This document shows positions 30,610-40,508 of a stretch of DNA of 64,000 nucleotides, piece by piece. A program made the translations under genes and the position numbers. Source of the stretch: Kiritimatiellia bacterium (lineage in GTDB: Bacteria; Verrucomicrobiota; Kiritimatiellia; RFP12; UBA1067); assembly GCA_045656225.1 (NCBI GenBank), contig JAZOQU010000022.1:4732-68731 (forward strand), read 5' to 3'. The notes beneath the pieces are model-generated. The model made no database searches. It had not been told where the DNA came from and saw only the letters and a program-made list of their open reading frames with translations. Positions within the stretch are counted from its first letter, which is position 1; every line of letters starts with the position of its first letter.

Positions 30610-31362
30610 CTATCCTAAAATGCTTTGAAGTACAAGAACAACAAGAAACCCGGCTATCAACGCGAATGTAGCGCCCTTCTCAAACCCGTGAGCGTGGGTT
30701 TCGGGAATAATTTCATCGCTGATGACATAAAGCATCGCGCCTCCCGCCGCCGCGAGAAGAAACGGCAGAACGCCTGTAAATACCGACACGAGCGCATAGC
30801 CCCCAAGGACAGAACAAATGCTTACAGCCCCTATGCCGAGTGAAATCGCGATTATGCGCGGAGATCTAACCCCGATAGCGAAAAGCGGCGCGACGATAAC
30901 GAACGCCTCGGGAATATTCTGAAGCGAAATCGCCATGGTTATTGTCATAACATCGCCGATATCGCCCGTACCGAAACTGACGCCGACCGCAAGCCCTTCA
31001 GGTATTTTATGGATCGCAAGCGCCGCAACAAAAAGCAGCGATTTACTGATCGAACCGTTTGAACTGTGTTTTTCAAATTCCACACCGGCAATTCTATGCA
31101 GATGCGGAATAAACCGGTCAAGAAGACTTATAACCGCCGCACCGGTAAGCGCACCTGTGACAGCGAGCAAAATCGATTGAAAATCAGGCGTAAACGCACC
31201 CGCCAAAAGGCCCACGGTAGCAGCCGCAAGCATTATGCCGGCCGAAAAGCCCATGACAATGTCGTTGAGCTTATGCGGAAGCACGCGAACTAAAAGCCCG
31301 CCAGCTACACCAATCGTCGTCGATAAGCCGACTGAAAAAAGAACTGTCAGTAATACCTTCAT
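30610..31362 (-). CDS. ZIP-family divalent metal transporter
   Basis: HKIPEGLAVGVSF ZIP signature helix and 8 TM segments. Confidence 0.8.
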   Translation of the reverse strand: MKVLLTVLFSVGLSTTIGVAGGLLVRVLPHKLNDIVMGFSAGIMLAAATVGLLAGAFTPDFQSILLAVTGALTGAAVISLLDRFIPHLHRIAGVEFEKHSSNGSISKSLLFVAALAIHKIPEGLAVGVSFGTGDIGDVMTITMAISLQNIPEAFVIVAPLFAIGVRSPRIIAISLGIGAVSICSVLGGYALVSVFTGVLPFLLAAAGGAMLYVISDEIIPETHAHGFEKGATFALIAGFLVVLVLQSILG

Positions 31363-31369
31363 TTAATGA

Positions 31370-32206
31370 TCAAGTTCTTTTAAAAGCGTCAGATTCGATT
31401 TCAAAAAGCCATTCATCTCTGCAGACATCGGCTACAATCGCGCGCGAATGCCGGCGCGGATATTCACTGTGCGCTTCAAGCCACCGCTCCCAATTCTCGC
31501 GATAGCGCTCTTCCTTCAAATAAACAAGCGCCCCGGAAACATCCTTAAGAGACATGCCGCGAGAGCGGTAAATCGCATCAACCGCATTCATCGTGCAGTT
31601 TATTTGAGCGTCAATATCGCCGATATGAGCCACCTCATGACTATCAGGCTTAATCGAGGCCGTTCCCGAAACGATGACGCGCTTCCACCCCGATGTGCGA
31701 ACCTCGGCTGCGCGCGAGAAACTCGAGCCATATTCCAGCGCGGGGCACTGTAACGGGCTCGGCAGCGCCTCGAATTCGACAGACCTTGGAAATTTCGGAG
31801 ATACCGCAAAAGCGCCGACCACAAGCTTTACACCAAGACCGTTCGTCCACCCGATTCCCGTCGAAGCGGGGACGTAGCGGTCGTAGACGCCGCGAGACGT
31901 AAAAAAAACGTTTCGCGCTCTATTAAAGTCTGCATACCAATCGAGAATATGATCGGCATAAATCCAAGTTCGTACAACATTTACAAATGTCATGCCCGCC
32001 TCAAATAATTCACTCTCAAGGCGCTCAAAAGCCGAAAGCGTCTGATCATACGGAGAAGAAACGGAATTACCCGGCGCAATTCCTTTCAAGAGAGCATAGC
32101 GCCCCCATTCATCCTCCGAGACGACGCCGTGCTCAAGCGAAGAGGCGTTAGACCCCGGAACAGCAAAATCTATTTCTGGAAAATCTGCCAACACTGATTT
32201 AAGCAT
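31370..32206 (-). CDS. RidA/YjgF-like protein (possibly tandem domains)
   Basis: Weak resemblance to the endoribonuclease L-PSP/RidA fold in two halves. Low-confidence family call. Confidence 0.35.
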   Translation of the reverse strand: MLKSVLADFPEIDFAVPGSNASSLEHGVVSEDEWGRYALLKGIAPGNSVSSPYDQTLSAFERLESELFEAGMTFVNVVRTWIYADHILDWYADFNRARNVFFTSRGVYDRYVPASTGIGWTNGLGVKLVVGAFAVSPKFPRSVEFEALPSPLQCPALEYGSSFSRAAEVRTSGWKRVIVSGTASIKPDSHEVAHIGDIDAQINCTMNAVDAIYRSRGMSLKDVSGALVYLKEERYRENWERWLEAHSEYPRRHSRAIVADVCRDEWLFEIESDAFKRT

Positions 32207-32318
32207 CCTTTGTATAACTTAATTTCATTTCTAATTTTAACAAATACCCACTCCAAAAACAAGTGACATAACTGGAATATCCATAGATGCAACAAGAATA
32301 ATTTGATACAATTACGGT

Positions 32319-34691
32319 ATGAAAAAAATCTCATTTATCAATAAATCCGTCCTTACCTTTTTAGCAGGATGCTCCTTTGTCTCCTTAAACGCCGCGGCCG
32401 AAGAATGGCCCGTAGTAAAACACTTCGATTCTGAACACACTTTGCGCGTCGCTCTTCCGATGGGCGGCATCGGTACAGGGGCTATCTCGCTCTCCGGGCG
32501 CGGCGAAATCGTCGACTGGGAAATCATGAACAGGCCCAACAAGACGATGAGCGAACTTGAGCGCCAAGCCGACTCGCGGACCTTCTTTGCCATCCGCGTT
32601 AAGGGTAAAACCCATGAATCGGTAACAATGCTCGCGGGCCCTCTTCATCCAACCGAACTTTACGCGGACGAAGGTAATAGCGTTCCTCAGGCGGGTCTGC
32701 CGCGCTTCAGAAACGCGACTTTCGATGGGGCTTTCCCGTTCGGAACAGTTTATTTAAGCGACAAAGACCTGCCGGTAAAAGTAAATATCAAAGGCTTCTC
32801 GCCCTTTGTTCCCGGCGACAGCGCGGCAAGTTCGCTCCCCGTCGCATCGCTCGAATATGAAGTGGAAAATCTCTCTGACGAACCGCTCGAAGTTTCCATC
32901 GCCGCGTTCGTAAGAAACACTGTCGGCAACGACGGTAAAATGACCGGCTTTACATGGCGCCGTCTTACACGCACAAGCGGAGAGAAAGACAATAGAACAG
33001 TCTACTTCGACGAGGCGGGGCTTAAAGGCGTCATGTGCCTTTCTGACGGCGTTGAGACTAATTCGACGGCGTGGGGAACATTCGCGCTCTCCACCCCCGA
33101 AACCAAAGCAGACATCTCTTACAAAACAAAATGCGCCGAAAACAGCTGGCGCAGAACAATCCTCGAATTTTGGGACGATCTCTCAGACGACGGAAATCTT
33201 AAGACGATAGATAACGAAGAGAAGACGACACCCCACGGCGCTCTTTGCGTAAAGAAGTCCTTAAACGCCAAATCAAAGGACTCCTTCCGCTTCGCCTTTA
33301 CATGGAACTTCCCCAACCGTCAGGCTTGGGAGGACGATAAAACGATCGTCGGAAACTGGTACTCTAAACACTACATCGACGCGAAAGACGCCGCGCTTAA
33401 AATCGTCCCGCGACTTAAAGACCTTGAAAAGCGCTCACTTGCTTTTACGCGTAAAATCATCGCGCTTGATGCGCCTGACGTGATTAAGGAGGCCGCGCTC
33501 TCCAATCTCGCCGTATTAAAGAGCCAAACCGTCTTTCGCATCCCGAGCGGCCACTTTATGGGTTGGGAAGGCTCGTTCCATCACGAGGGCTCCTGCCACG
33601 GAAGCTGCACGCACGTCTGGAATTACGAGAACGCCGTAGCATGTCTCTTTCCCGATCTTGCGCGTTCGATGCGCGATGTTGAATTCAATTATTCGATGAA
33701 TCCTAAAACAGGAGCGATGGACTTTAGAACGCCCCTTCCGCTCGGCTCTGAACTTAAGGGCGCTGTAGCAGCCGACGGTCAGATGGGAACGATCATGAAA
33801 GTCTACCGCGATTGGAAAATAAGCGGAGACGACGAGTGGCTGAAATCAATTTGGCCGAAGGTAAGAAAAGCGCTCGAATTCGCATGGTGCGGCGAGGGAG
33901 TCCACAAATGGGATAAAGAATGGCAAACGGTCGGGTGGGACGCTAAAAAATCTGGCCTTATGGACGGCGAACAGCACAACACGATGGACGTAAACTACTA
34001 TGGTCCCAATTCTCAGATGGGCTTTTGGTACTTAGGCGCTCTCAGAGCGGCCGAAGAAATGGCGAAAGCGACGCGCGATAATGATTTTGCAGCCGAATGC
34101 CGCGCCATTTTCGAGAAAGGCTCCAAACGCATTGACGAAGAACTCTTTAACGGAGAGTATTACGAACAGAGAATCCCCGAGGGACGCGGAGAACTGAGAT
34201 ACCAGCTCGGCAAATGCTGTCTCGTCGATCAGCTCGTCGGTCAGCAGATGGCCCACCTTTGGGATTTAGGCGATCTCGCGAAAAAGGACAACCTTAAAAC
34301 CACGTGCCGTTCAATCATGAAGTATAACTTCCTGGCCGACTTTACGCATCACTTCAACAATATGCGCTCATACTGCGTCGGCGACGAGGCGGGTCTTCTT
34401 ATGGGCAGCTGGCCCCGCGGTCGCGAGAAGATACCCTTCCCCTATTTCGGCGAAGTCATGACAGGCTTTGAATATGTCGCCGCCGCCGAAATGATATTCC
34501 AAGGCTTTGACAAAGATGCGCTTACAGTAATAAAGGCTATTCGCGATCGTCACGAAGGTCTTAAGCGCAATCCCTTCAACGAGCCTGAATGCGGCCACAA
34601 CTACGCGCGTTCCATGGCAAGCTGGAACTGCCTCATAGCATGGCTTAAGATGCACGGCGGCGATGTTAATGAGATCATCTGCCGCCGTTGA
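32319..34691 (+). CDS. GH116-family beta-glucosidase (GBA2-type glucosylceramidase-like), secreted
   Basis: Signal peptide, GBA2-type N-terminal domain motif GGIGTGAISLSGRGEIVDWEIMNRP, and a C-terminal (alpha/alpha)6 catalytic domain. Confidence 0.8.
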   Translation: MKKISFINKSVLTFLAGCSFVSLNAAAEEWPVVKHFDSEHTLRVALPMGGIGTGAISLSGRGEIVDWEIMNRPNKTMSELERQADSRTFFAIRVKGKTHESVTMLAGPLHPTELYADEGNSVPQAGLPRFRNATFDGAFPFGTVYLSDKDLPVKVNIKGFSPFVPGDSAASSLPVASLEYEVENLSDEPLEVSIAAFVRNTVGNDGKMTGFTWRRLTRTSGEKDNRTVYFDEAGLKGVMCLSDGVETNSTAWGTFALSTPETKADISYKTKCAENSWRRTILEFWDDLSDDGNLKTIDNEEKTTPHGALCVKKSLNAKSKDSFRFAFTWNFPNRQAWEDDKTIVGNWYSKHYIDAKDAALKIVPRLKDLEKRSLAFTRKIIALDAPDVIKEAALSNLAVLKSQTVFRIPSGHFMGWEGSFHHEGSCHGSCTHVWNYENAVACLFPDLARSMRDVEFNYSMNPKTGAMDFRTPLPLGSELKGAVAADGQMGTIMKVYRDWKISGDDEWLKSIWPKVRKALEFAWCGEGVHKWDKEWQTVGWDAKKSGLMDGEQHNTMDVNYYGPNSQMGFWYLGALRAAEEMAKATRDNDFAAECRAIFEKGSKRIDEELFNGEYYEQRIPEGRGELRYQLGKCCLVDQLVGQQMAHLWDLGDLAKKDNLKTTCRSIMKYNFLADFTHHFNNMRSYCVGDEAGLLMGSWPRGREKIPFPYFGEVMTGFEYVAAAEMIFQGFDKDALTVIKAIRDRHEGLKRNPFNEPECGHNYARSMASWNCLIAWLKMHGGDVNEIICRR

Positions 34692-34702
34692 AAATAAAAC
34701 TA

Positions 34703-35368
34703 TTAATCCTCTTTCTTCGAAATGCGGCGCTCGATCCCCTCGCGAGGTTCGGCTTCCGGCGGAATTTTAAGAGGTTCTAAATCGTATTCTGGAATATCGA
34801 GCGACTTCCACGCCGCGCTGTAGACGGGGAGGCCCTGCGAGCGGAACATCGTCTCAAACTCCGTCCATACCTCTTTAGGCCGCGGCATCGGATCGACGCG
34901 CTCAAAGCGCTTATCGAGCGAAAAACATTCGCATACGGTCTCGAAATATTCCTTATGGTCGGTCGCGAACTCGAGTTTACCGCCGACCTCAAGACGCTTC
35001 CAGAGCGCGTTTAAAAAGAGCGGCCCAAAAAGCCTATGCGAATGATGCTTTTTCTTAGGCCACGGATCGGGGAAGAAAACATATACCGTTCGCGCGTGGT
35101 GATCGGGCAGAAGATAGTGGAAGGTATAGAGAGCTTCCAACCTTAAAACGCGCGCGTTCGTAAGCCCGCCCCTTTTGCACTTCCCGGCGAAAAGTCTCAC
35201 GCGCTCAAGCATACGCTCGATACCGAGAAAATCACAATCTGGATTCTCCTTCGCGCGCTTCGCCAAAAACTGCCCTTTACCGCAACCGACCTCAATTTCC
35301 AAAGGTCGATCAAGATTTATGTCTAAAGGCTTACAGGGATCGGTAACGGTTATGATATGATCTGTCAT
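34703..35368 (-). CDS. trmB: tRNA (guanine46-N7)-methyltransferase
   Basis: EVGCGKGQFL SAM motif and YVFFPDPWPKK motif. Confidence 0.85.
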   Translation of the reverse strand: MTDHIITVTDPCKPLDINLDRPLEIEVGCGKGQFLAKRAKENPDCDFLGIERMLERVRLFAGKCKRGGLTNARVLRLEALYTFHYLLPDHHARTVYVFFPDPWPKKKHHSHRLFGPLFLNALWKRLEVGGKLEFATDHKEYFETVCECFSLDKRFERVDPMPRPKEVWTEFETMFRSQGLPVYSAAWKSLDIPEYDLEPLKIPPEAEPREGIERRISKKED

Positions 35369-35841
35369 TTGAAAAATAGAAGATAAATAGTCCAGTTAAT
35401 CGCGAGCGAATAAAGATTGGCGAAGAAGTCGTCAATCACAATCCCGAACCCACCGTGAAACGCCTGAAGCTGGCGCGCAGGCGGCGGCTTAACGATATCG
35501 ACAAGGCGGATTACCGCGAAGAAAACCGCCATCGCCGTCCAAGGGAGCTCAAGAATCGGAATCCCTATGAGAGCGATCGGATAAAGCATCCATTCATCGG
35601 CTGTTATGCGCCCGTCGTCCTTTACGCCGAGCGACTTCTCGGCAACATCGCAAAAACCGACAGCCGAGAGCGTAAGCCCAAGACAAGCGACAATTTGCCA
35701 AGTAAGCCCAAGGTGCGCGAGCGCATACGCGAGCGCGACACCTGGCAGACTACCGAACGTTCCGGGAGCGAACGGAACGAAAAGCCCGATCCCAAAACCT
35801 GTCGCTACGAAAAGGCAGAATTTCTCAGCGAGCGATCTCAT
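35365..35841 (-). CDS. pgpA: Phosphatidylglycerophosphatase A
   Basis: GFGIGLFVPFAPGTFGSLPG motif; 158 aa; 4-bp overlaps on both sides. Confidence 0.8.
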   Translation of the reverse strand: MRSLAEKFCLFVATGFGIGLFVPFAPGTFGSLPGVALAYALAHLGLTWQIVACLGLTLSAVGFCDVAEKSLGVKDDGRITADEWMLYPIALIGIPILELPWTAMAVFFAVIRLVDIVKPPPARQLQAFHGGFGIVIDDFFANLYSLAINWTIYLLFFK

Positions 35842-36656
35842 TTCGACGAGACGCCCATCTTATAGCCGTTGAAGCGATGCGTATTATAGAGCTTCTGCTT
35901 CTCGTCGACGGGTAGACCGAGCGACTTGCGAATCGCGAGGAAGTCCTTAACGCTCTTAGGCCCGACCTGATTGAGCTTAGCGCCATGGCCGCTCGCAAGA
36001 AGAAGAACCTGGCAGTAGGAGTCTGCGTTCTCTGCAAACCATTCGGCCTCTTCAATGTCGCGCGCACCGCAGACGATACCGTGATTTTCCATAAAGACGA
36101 CATTCGACTTTTTGGACATCTTAGCGACGTTCGCTGCGACCTCGTCAGTTCCAGGCGTTCCGTACGGAGCGAGAGGAATCTGATTAAAGAAAATATCAGC
36201 CTCGGGATTGATGCCGTTCGGCGGAACCTGACCCGCGAAAAGAAACGCGTTGCAGTGCGGAGGATGGCAGTGAACGCAGGCATCCCAGCCGGCGGTTTTC
36301 ATCATCGCGATGTGAACCTTGACCTCGCTCGTGCGCGGACGGTAGCCGCAGAGCTGCCCGGCGTTCATGTCGACAAGGCAGATATCCTCTTCCTTCATGA
36401 AGCCCTTGCAGCACAAGGTGGGCGAGCAGAGAACGAGATCCTCGCCGACGCGGACGGAGAGATTGCCGCCGTTGCCGTCGGTGAAGCCGCGCGCATAGAT
36501 GCGGCGACCCATCTCGCACATGTCGGCCTTAACCTTGCGGATAGCGGGCGAGTTGAAGAACTTGTCGAGCTCCTTGCGCGTTTTAGGCTGGGGACCGTTT
36601 TTCCAGTCGTAAGCGCGATTAACGAGCGGGGGATTGATATAAAGTTTTTTATCCAT
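35838..36656 (-). CDS. Class II aldolase/adducin-family protein (possibly rhamnulose-1-phosphate or fuculose-phosphate aldolase)
   Basis: GNLSVR, HCHPPH and ENHG motifs of class II aldolases. Located in the rha gene neighbourhood. Confidence 0.65.
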   Translation of the reverse strand: MDKKLYINPPLVNRAYDWKNGPQPKTRKELDKFFNSPAIRKVKADMCEMGRRIYARGFTDGNGGNLSVRVGEDLVLCSPTLCCKGFMKEEDICLVDMNAGQLCGYRPRTSEVKVHIAMMKTAGWDACVHCHPPHCNAFLFAGQVPPNGINPEADIFFNQIPLAPYGTPGTDEVAANVAKMSKKSNVVFMENHGIVCGARDIEEAEWFAENADSYCQVLLLASGHGAKLNQVGPKSVKDFLAIRKSLGLPVDEKQKLYNTHRFNGYKMGVSSK

Positions 36657-36661
36657 TTTTC

Positions 36662-37459
36662 TTAACCTCTCTGTCGTAAAACTTCGTAAAGCGTGATCGC
36701 CGTAGCGACACCGGCGTTAAGCGATTCAAATCCGCCCGGCATCGGGAGCTCGGCGATGAAATCGCAGTTCTCTCTTACAAGGCGCGAAATGCCGTTACCC
36801 TCGGCGCCGACGACGAGACCGGTTCTGCCGCGAAAATCTATGTCTGTATATGTTTTCGCGTCCTCGCCCCAATCAAGCCCCGTAAACCAGACGCCCGCGT
36901 CCTTCAGGTCCTGCATCGCGCGAACGAGATTCACAACGTGAGCGACCTTGACGTATTCGGTGCCACCGGCTGAAGCGCGGGCTACCGCGGGCGTAATGCC
37001 GCAGGCTCTATCTTCGGGAATGATTACGCCCGTTACGCCGACGGCGCTCGCGGTGCGCAAAATCGAACCGACATTCTGAGGATCTTCAAGATGATCGAGA
37101 ACGATTACCGTCGCATTTTCGTCGGCTTCAACCGCCGCGAGAATTTCCTCAAAACCGACATAAGGATAACCCGTCGTTTTTAAGGCGACTCCCTGATGAT
37201 GCCCAAAGCGCGTAAGCTTATCGAGCTGATTGCGCTCCATCGTGCGGATCACGAGACGACGCGCTTTAGCTTCGTCGCGGATTCGCTGGAGCTGATCGTC
37301 CTCATCGGGAAACGCGGGAGGGAGAATAATCTCGTTCGCCGTGCGGCGCCCCGCGGCGAGCGCCTCTTCGACAGGATTGCGCCCGTAAATCCACTCGCCC
37401 CCCGTAAGCATTTCGCGGGGGCCTTTGGCGTGGTGACGTGTATTTTGATAATTACCCAT
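36662..37459 (-). CDS. rlmB: 23S rRNA 2'-O-methyltransferase (SpoU/TrmH family, RlmB-like)
   Basis: SPOUT motifs GAEGNGIS ... LNAGVATAI. Confidence 0.75.
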   Translation of the reverse strand: MGNYQNTRHHAKGPREMLTGGEWIYGRNPVEEALAAGRRTANEIILPPAFPDEDDQLQRIRDEAKARRLVIRTMERNQLDKLTRFGHHQGVALKTTGYPYVGFEEILAAVEADENATVIVLDHLEDPQNVGSILRTASAVGVTGVIIPEDRACGITPAVARASAGGTEYVKVAHVVNLVRAMQDLKDAGVWFTGLDWGEDAKTYTDIDFRGRTGLVVGAEGNGISRLVRENCDFIAELPMPGGFESLNAGVATAITLYEVLRQRG

Positions 37460-37462
37460 AGT

Positions 37463-38698
37463 TTAGCGCTTAAGAAGAACGTCCTTTTCGTATTTCTGAA
37501 CGAGCTTAAACCACTCTTCACCTGCGGGAACGCCCATGCGCTTGCAGAACTCTTCCCAGACGGCTTCGAACGGATAGTTCTTATACTCCTCCTGGAGAAC
37601 GAGCTGGGCCGTAAATTCGCCAGCGTCCTGAAGAGCCTTAAGCTGGGCGTTAGGAGTGAGCATAGCCTTCATAAGCTCCTTCTGCATATTACGCATACCG
37701 AGAACCCACGCGGCGACGCGGCAGATCGACGCGTCGAAATAGTCGAGAGCGATGATAAAGTTCTCAGGTCCCATTCTCACGATTTCACGTGCGGCCGCGG
37801 CGAGATCGTCATTCTGACGCAGAACATGATCGGAATCCCAACGGACGGGACGCGAAATGTGAAACGCAACCTTACCGAAGAACATTAAGAACGAGCTGAT
37901 CTTATCGGCGACATTCTCGCTGATATGGAAGTGGCCCATATCGAGAAGCGCGAGAATCTTGCGGCTCTGGGCGTAGCCCATAACGAACTCGTGGGAGTTT
38001 ACCGTATAGCTCTCAACGCCGATACCGAAAAGCTTCGATTCGAGAGTAGGAATAACAGCCTTCTTATCGTACTTCGTCTTGAAAATCTTATCGAGAGAAT
38101 CAGCCATTCTCTGACGCGGACCTAAACGATCGGAAGGATCATCCTTAAAGCCGTCGGGCGCCCAGAAGTTGATGACAGAGGGCGACTTAAGTTCCTTACC
38201 GAAATACTCGGCGATCTTAAGGCACTGAATACCGTGCTTAACCCAGAACTTGCGGATCTCAGGATCGGTCGCCGCGAGGGTAAGTCCGTCGACAACATTG
38301 CCGTGAGAGAAGAACGTCGGGTTAAAGTCGAGGCCTACTCCGCGCTTTTTAGCCCACGCGACCCAGGGCTTAAACTGCTCGATCGAAAGCTGATCGCGAT
38401 CGACAACTTTATCCTTATGAATACCGTAGCACGCATGGAGATTAAGGCGATGCTTACCGGGAATAAGCGACATCGCGAAATCAACGTCGGCCATAAGCTG
38501 TTCGGGAGTCGTAGCCTTACCGGGATAGTTACCTGTCGTCTGAATACCGTTCGACGCGCCGCCGACAGATTCAAAACCGGTTACATCATCGCCCTGCCAG
38601 CAATGCATCGAAATCGGAATTTTAGAAAGCTGCGCGATCACCTTCTCGGTATCAACACCAATCTTAGCATATTTCTTTTTAGCTTGTGCGTAACTCAT
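37463..38698 (-). CDS. rhaA: L-rhamnose isomerase
   Basis: N-terminus collinear with E. coli RhaA (PISMHCWQGDDVTGFE ... TGNYPGKA). Confidence 0.85.
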   Translation of the reverse strand: MSYAQAKKKYAKIGVDTEKVIAQLSKIPISMHCWQGDDVTGFESVGGASNGIQTTGNYPGKATTPEQLMADVDFAMSLIPGKHRLNLHACYGIHKDKVVDRDQLSIEQFKPWVAWAKKRGVGLDFNPTFFSHGNVVDGLTLAATDPEIRKFWVKHGIQCLKIAEYFGKELKSPSVINFWAPDGFKDDPSDRLGPRQRMADSLDKIFKTKYDKKAVIPTLESKLFGIGVESYTVNSHEFVMGYAQSRKILALLDMGHFHISENVADKISSFLMFFGKVAFHISRPVRWDSDHVLRQNDDLAAAAREIVRMGPENFIIALDYFDASICRVAAWVLGMRNMQKELMKAMLTPNAQLKALQDAGEFTAQLVLQEEYKNYPFEAVWEEFCKRMGVPAGEEWFKLVQKYEKDVLLKR

Positions 38699-38723
38699 CT
38701 TGAGGTTCCTTTCTTAAAATTTA

Positions 38724-39746
38724 TTAAAGACTTTTAGCGACGACGGCAATCGCGATCGAAGACGCGAGGGTCGCGAGTCCCAGCCCGAGCGCCGTCTTCG
38801 TTTTAGCGCCCGTCCCCCTCCATTCGCCGAGCATAACGCCCAGAAGCGAAGAGAAAAGAACGCAGCTACCCATAACTACCGCGAACGAAATATACGCCAT
38901 ATCACCCATCGCAGGCTCGCCTACCTTCTGACAGGCGAACTGCATCGCCCAGATTACGCCTGCAAGCGCGGCGAAAATCCAGTTAACAGGTTTAAACGAA
39001 AGATAATCGCCGAAGGAGCGGTTCTTAAAATTCTGCCAGAGACACCACGCGGCGTTTACCGCGAAGCCTCCCCAAAGAACGACAACAAGAACGCTCATAC
39101 CGACCCACTTTGCATCAGTCCCCATCTCCTTTGCCGCCATCTCCATAGCGCCGCCCGACTGAAGACCGAAGTTCATGCCCGCCGAAGCGATACCGCTAAA
39201 GAGCGCGACTATCATGCCCTTTTTGAAATTAAATTCGGCGACGGCTTTCTTTTTAGCCTCTTCATCGAGTTCGCCTTCTTTAAGCTTACCAGCTAAGCCA
39301 ACAAGAACAATACCCAAGAGAGAGACGATAACCGAAACGAGCGTAACGACAGCAGGCGTATCCTTAACGAGATCGGCGGCCTTACCGGTAACAATCGGTG
39401 GAATTAAAGTACCCGTCGCCGAGCAAAGCCCGCACCCGATCGCTAGCCCGAGCCCGATACCGAGATAGCGGATCATAAGCCCCCACGTTAAACCACCGAC
39501 ACCCCAGAGCGCGCCGAAACCGAAACACGCCGCGAGAGTCTTGGGCTCGGCGCTGGAGATAACGCCAAAAAGATCGTTATTCGTGGTAAGCGCTAGCGCG
39601 AGCGGAAAAACGATCAACCCCGCAATCGCATAAACGAACCATCCCGATTCGTACTTCCAACCTTTAACGCCTCTAAAAGGAAGCGCGAAAACCGCCCCCG
39701 CCAAACCGCCGAGAGCACAAACAAGCGTACCAAGTGTAATATTCAT
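38724..39746 (-). CDS. rhaT: L-rhamnose-proton symporter
   Basis: 10-TM RhaT-like protein (N-terminal VFALPFRGVKGWKYE). Confidence 0.8.
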   Translation of the reverse strand: MNITLGTLVCALGGLAGAVFALPFRGVKGWKYESGWFVYAIAGLIVFPLALALTTNNDLFGVISSAEPKTLAACFGFGALWGVGGLTWGLMIRYLGIGLGLAIGCGLCSATGTLIPPIVTGKAADLVKDTPAVVTLVSVIVSLLGIVLVGLAGKLKEGELDEEAKKKAVAEFNFKKGMIVALFSGIASAGMNFGLQSGGAMEMAAKEMGTDAKWVGMSVLVVVLWGGFAVNAAWCLWQNFKNRSFGDYLSFKPVNWIFAALAGVIWAMQFACQKVGEPAMGDMAYISFAVVMGSCVLFSSLLGVMLGEWRGTGAKTKTALGLGLATLASSIAIAVVAKSL

Positions 39747-39788
39747 AATTGCTTATATTATATCAAAAATGCTTTAAGATTTCCGCAC

Positions 39789-40508
39789 TCAGTCGAGAGA
39801 GAGGAATTCTTTAGCCCGCTTAACTGCCGCGTCATCGGCCGGTAGAACACCTTCAAGCGGATACCTTAAGCCGAGATTGCGCCATTTTTCAACGCCGAAA
39901 TCGTGATAAGGTAGCACCTCTACACGCTCGACGTTTTTAAGGGAGCTGATAAACTCGCCCATCTTCTTAAGGTCGTCCTCGCCGTCAGTCAAGCCTGGAA
40001 CGATCACGCGCCTAATCCAAGTCGAAACACCCTTTTCCGACAGATAACGGGCGAAATCTAAAATCTGCGAATTGTCCGCGCCGGTAACTTCACGATGAAG
40101 TAAAGGATCAAAAGCCTTGATATCCAATAAAACCGTATCTGTCGCGGCGATCAAACGCTCAATCGCCGCGTCACCGCGCTTAAACGAACCGCCTGATGTA
40201 TCAAGACAAGTCGTGACCCCTTCTGCGTGGGCGAGCTCAAAAAGTTCAGCTACAAATTCCGCCTGCAAAAGCGGCTCTCCCCCCGAAAGCGTTATGCCGC
40301 CCTTTTCGCCCCAATAATCGCGGTAACGCAAGGCGCGCTTCAAAACTTCTTCGGGAGAAAATTCCATCGCAGGCTTTTCGTTCGCCCACGTATCGGGATT
40401 ATGGCAATATACGCATCGGAGCGGACAGCCGTGCAGAAATACGATAAAGCGTACTCCAGGGCCGTCCGCCGCGCCGAACGATTCAAAAGAATGAATCTTA
40501 CCTGTCAC
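39789..40508 (-). CDS. pflA: Pyruvate formate-lyase activating enzyme (radical SAM)
   Basis: [15 protein letters not shown] radical-SAM motif. Confidence 0.9.
   Translation of the reverse strand: MTGKIHSFESFGAADGPGVRFIVFLHGCPLRCVYCHNPDTWANEKPAMEFSPEEVLKRALRYRDYWGEKGGITLSGGEPLLQAEFVAELFELAHAEGVTTCLDTSGGSFKRGDAAIERLIAATDTVLLDIKAFDPLLHREVTGADNSQILDFARYLSEKGVSTWIRRVIVPGLTDGEDDLKKMGEFISSLKNVERVEVLPYHDFGVEKWRNLGLRYPLEGVLPADDAAVKRAKEFLSLD

Noticed and set aside
35838-36656. Naming the class II aldolase as rhaD
   Set aside because: Only the family motifs (GNLSVR, ENHG, HxH) are visible, and RhaD, FucA and MtnB-like enzymes share them. Context is suggestive but the gene is separated from rhaA by rlmB, so the symbol was left blank.
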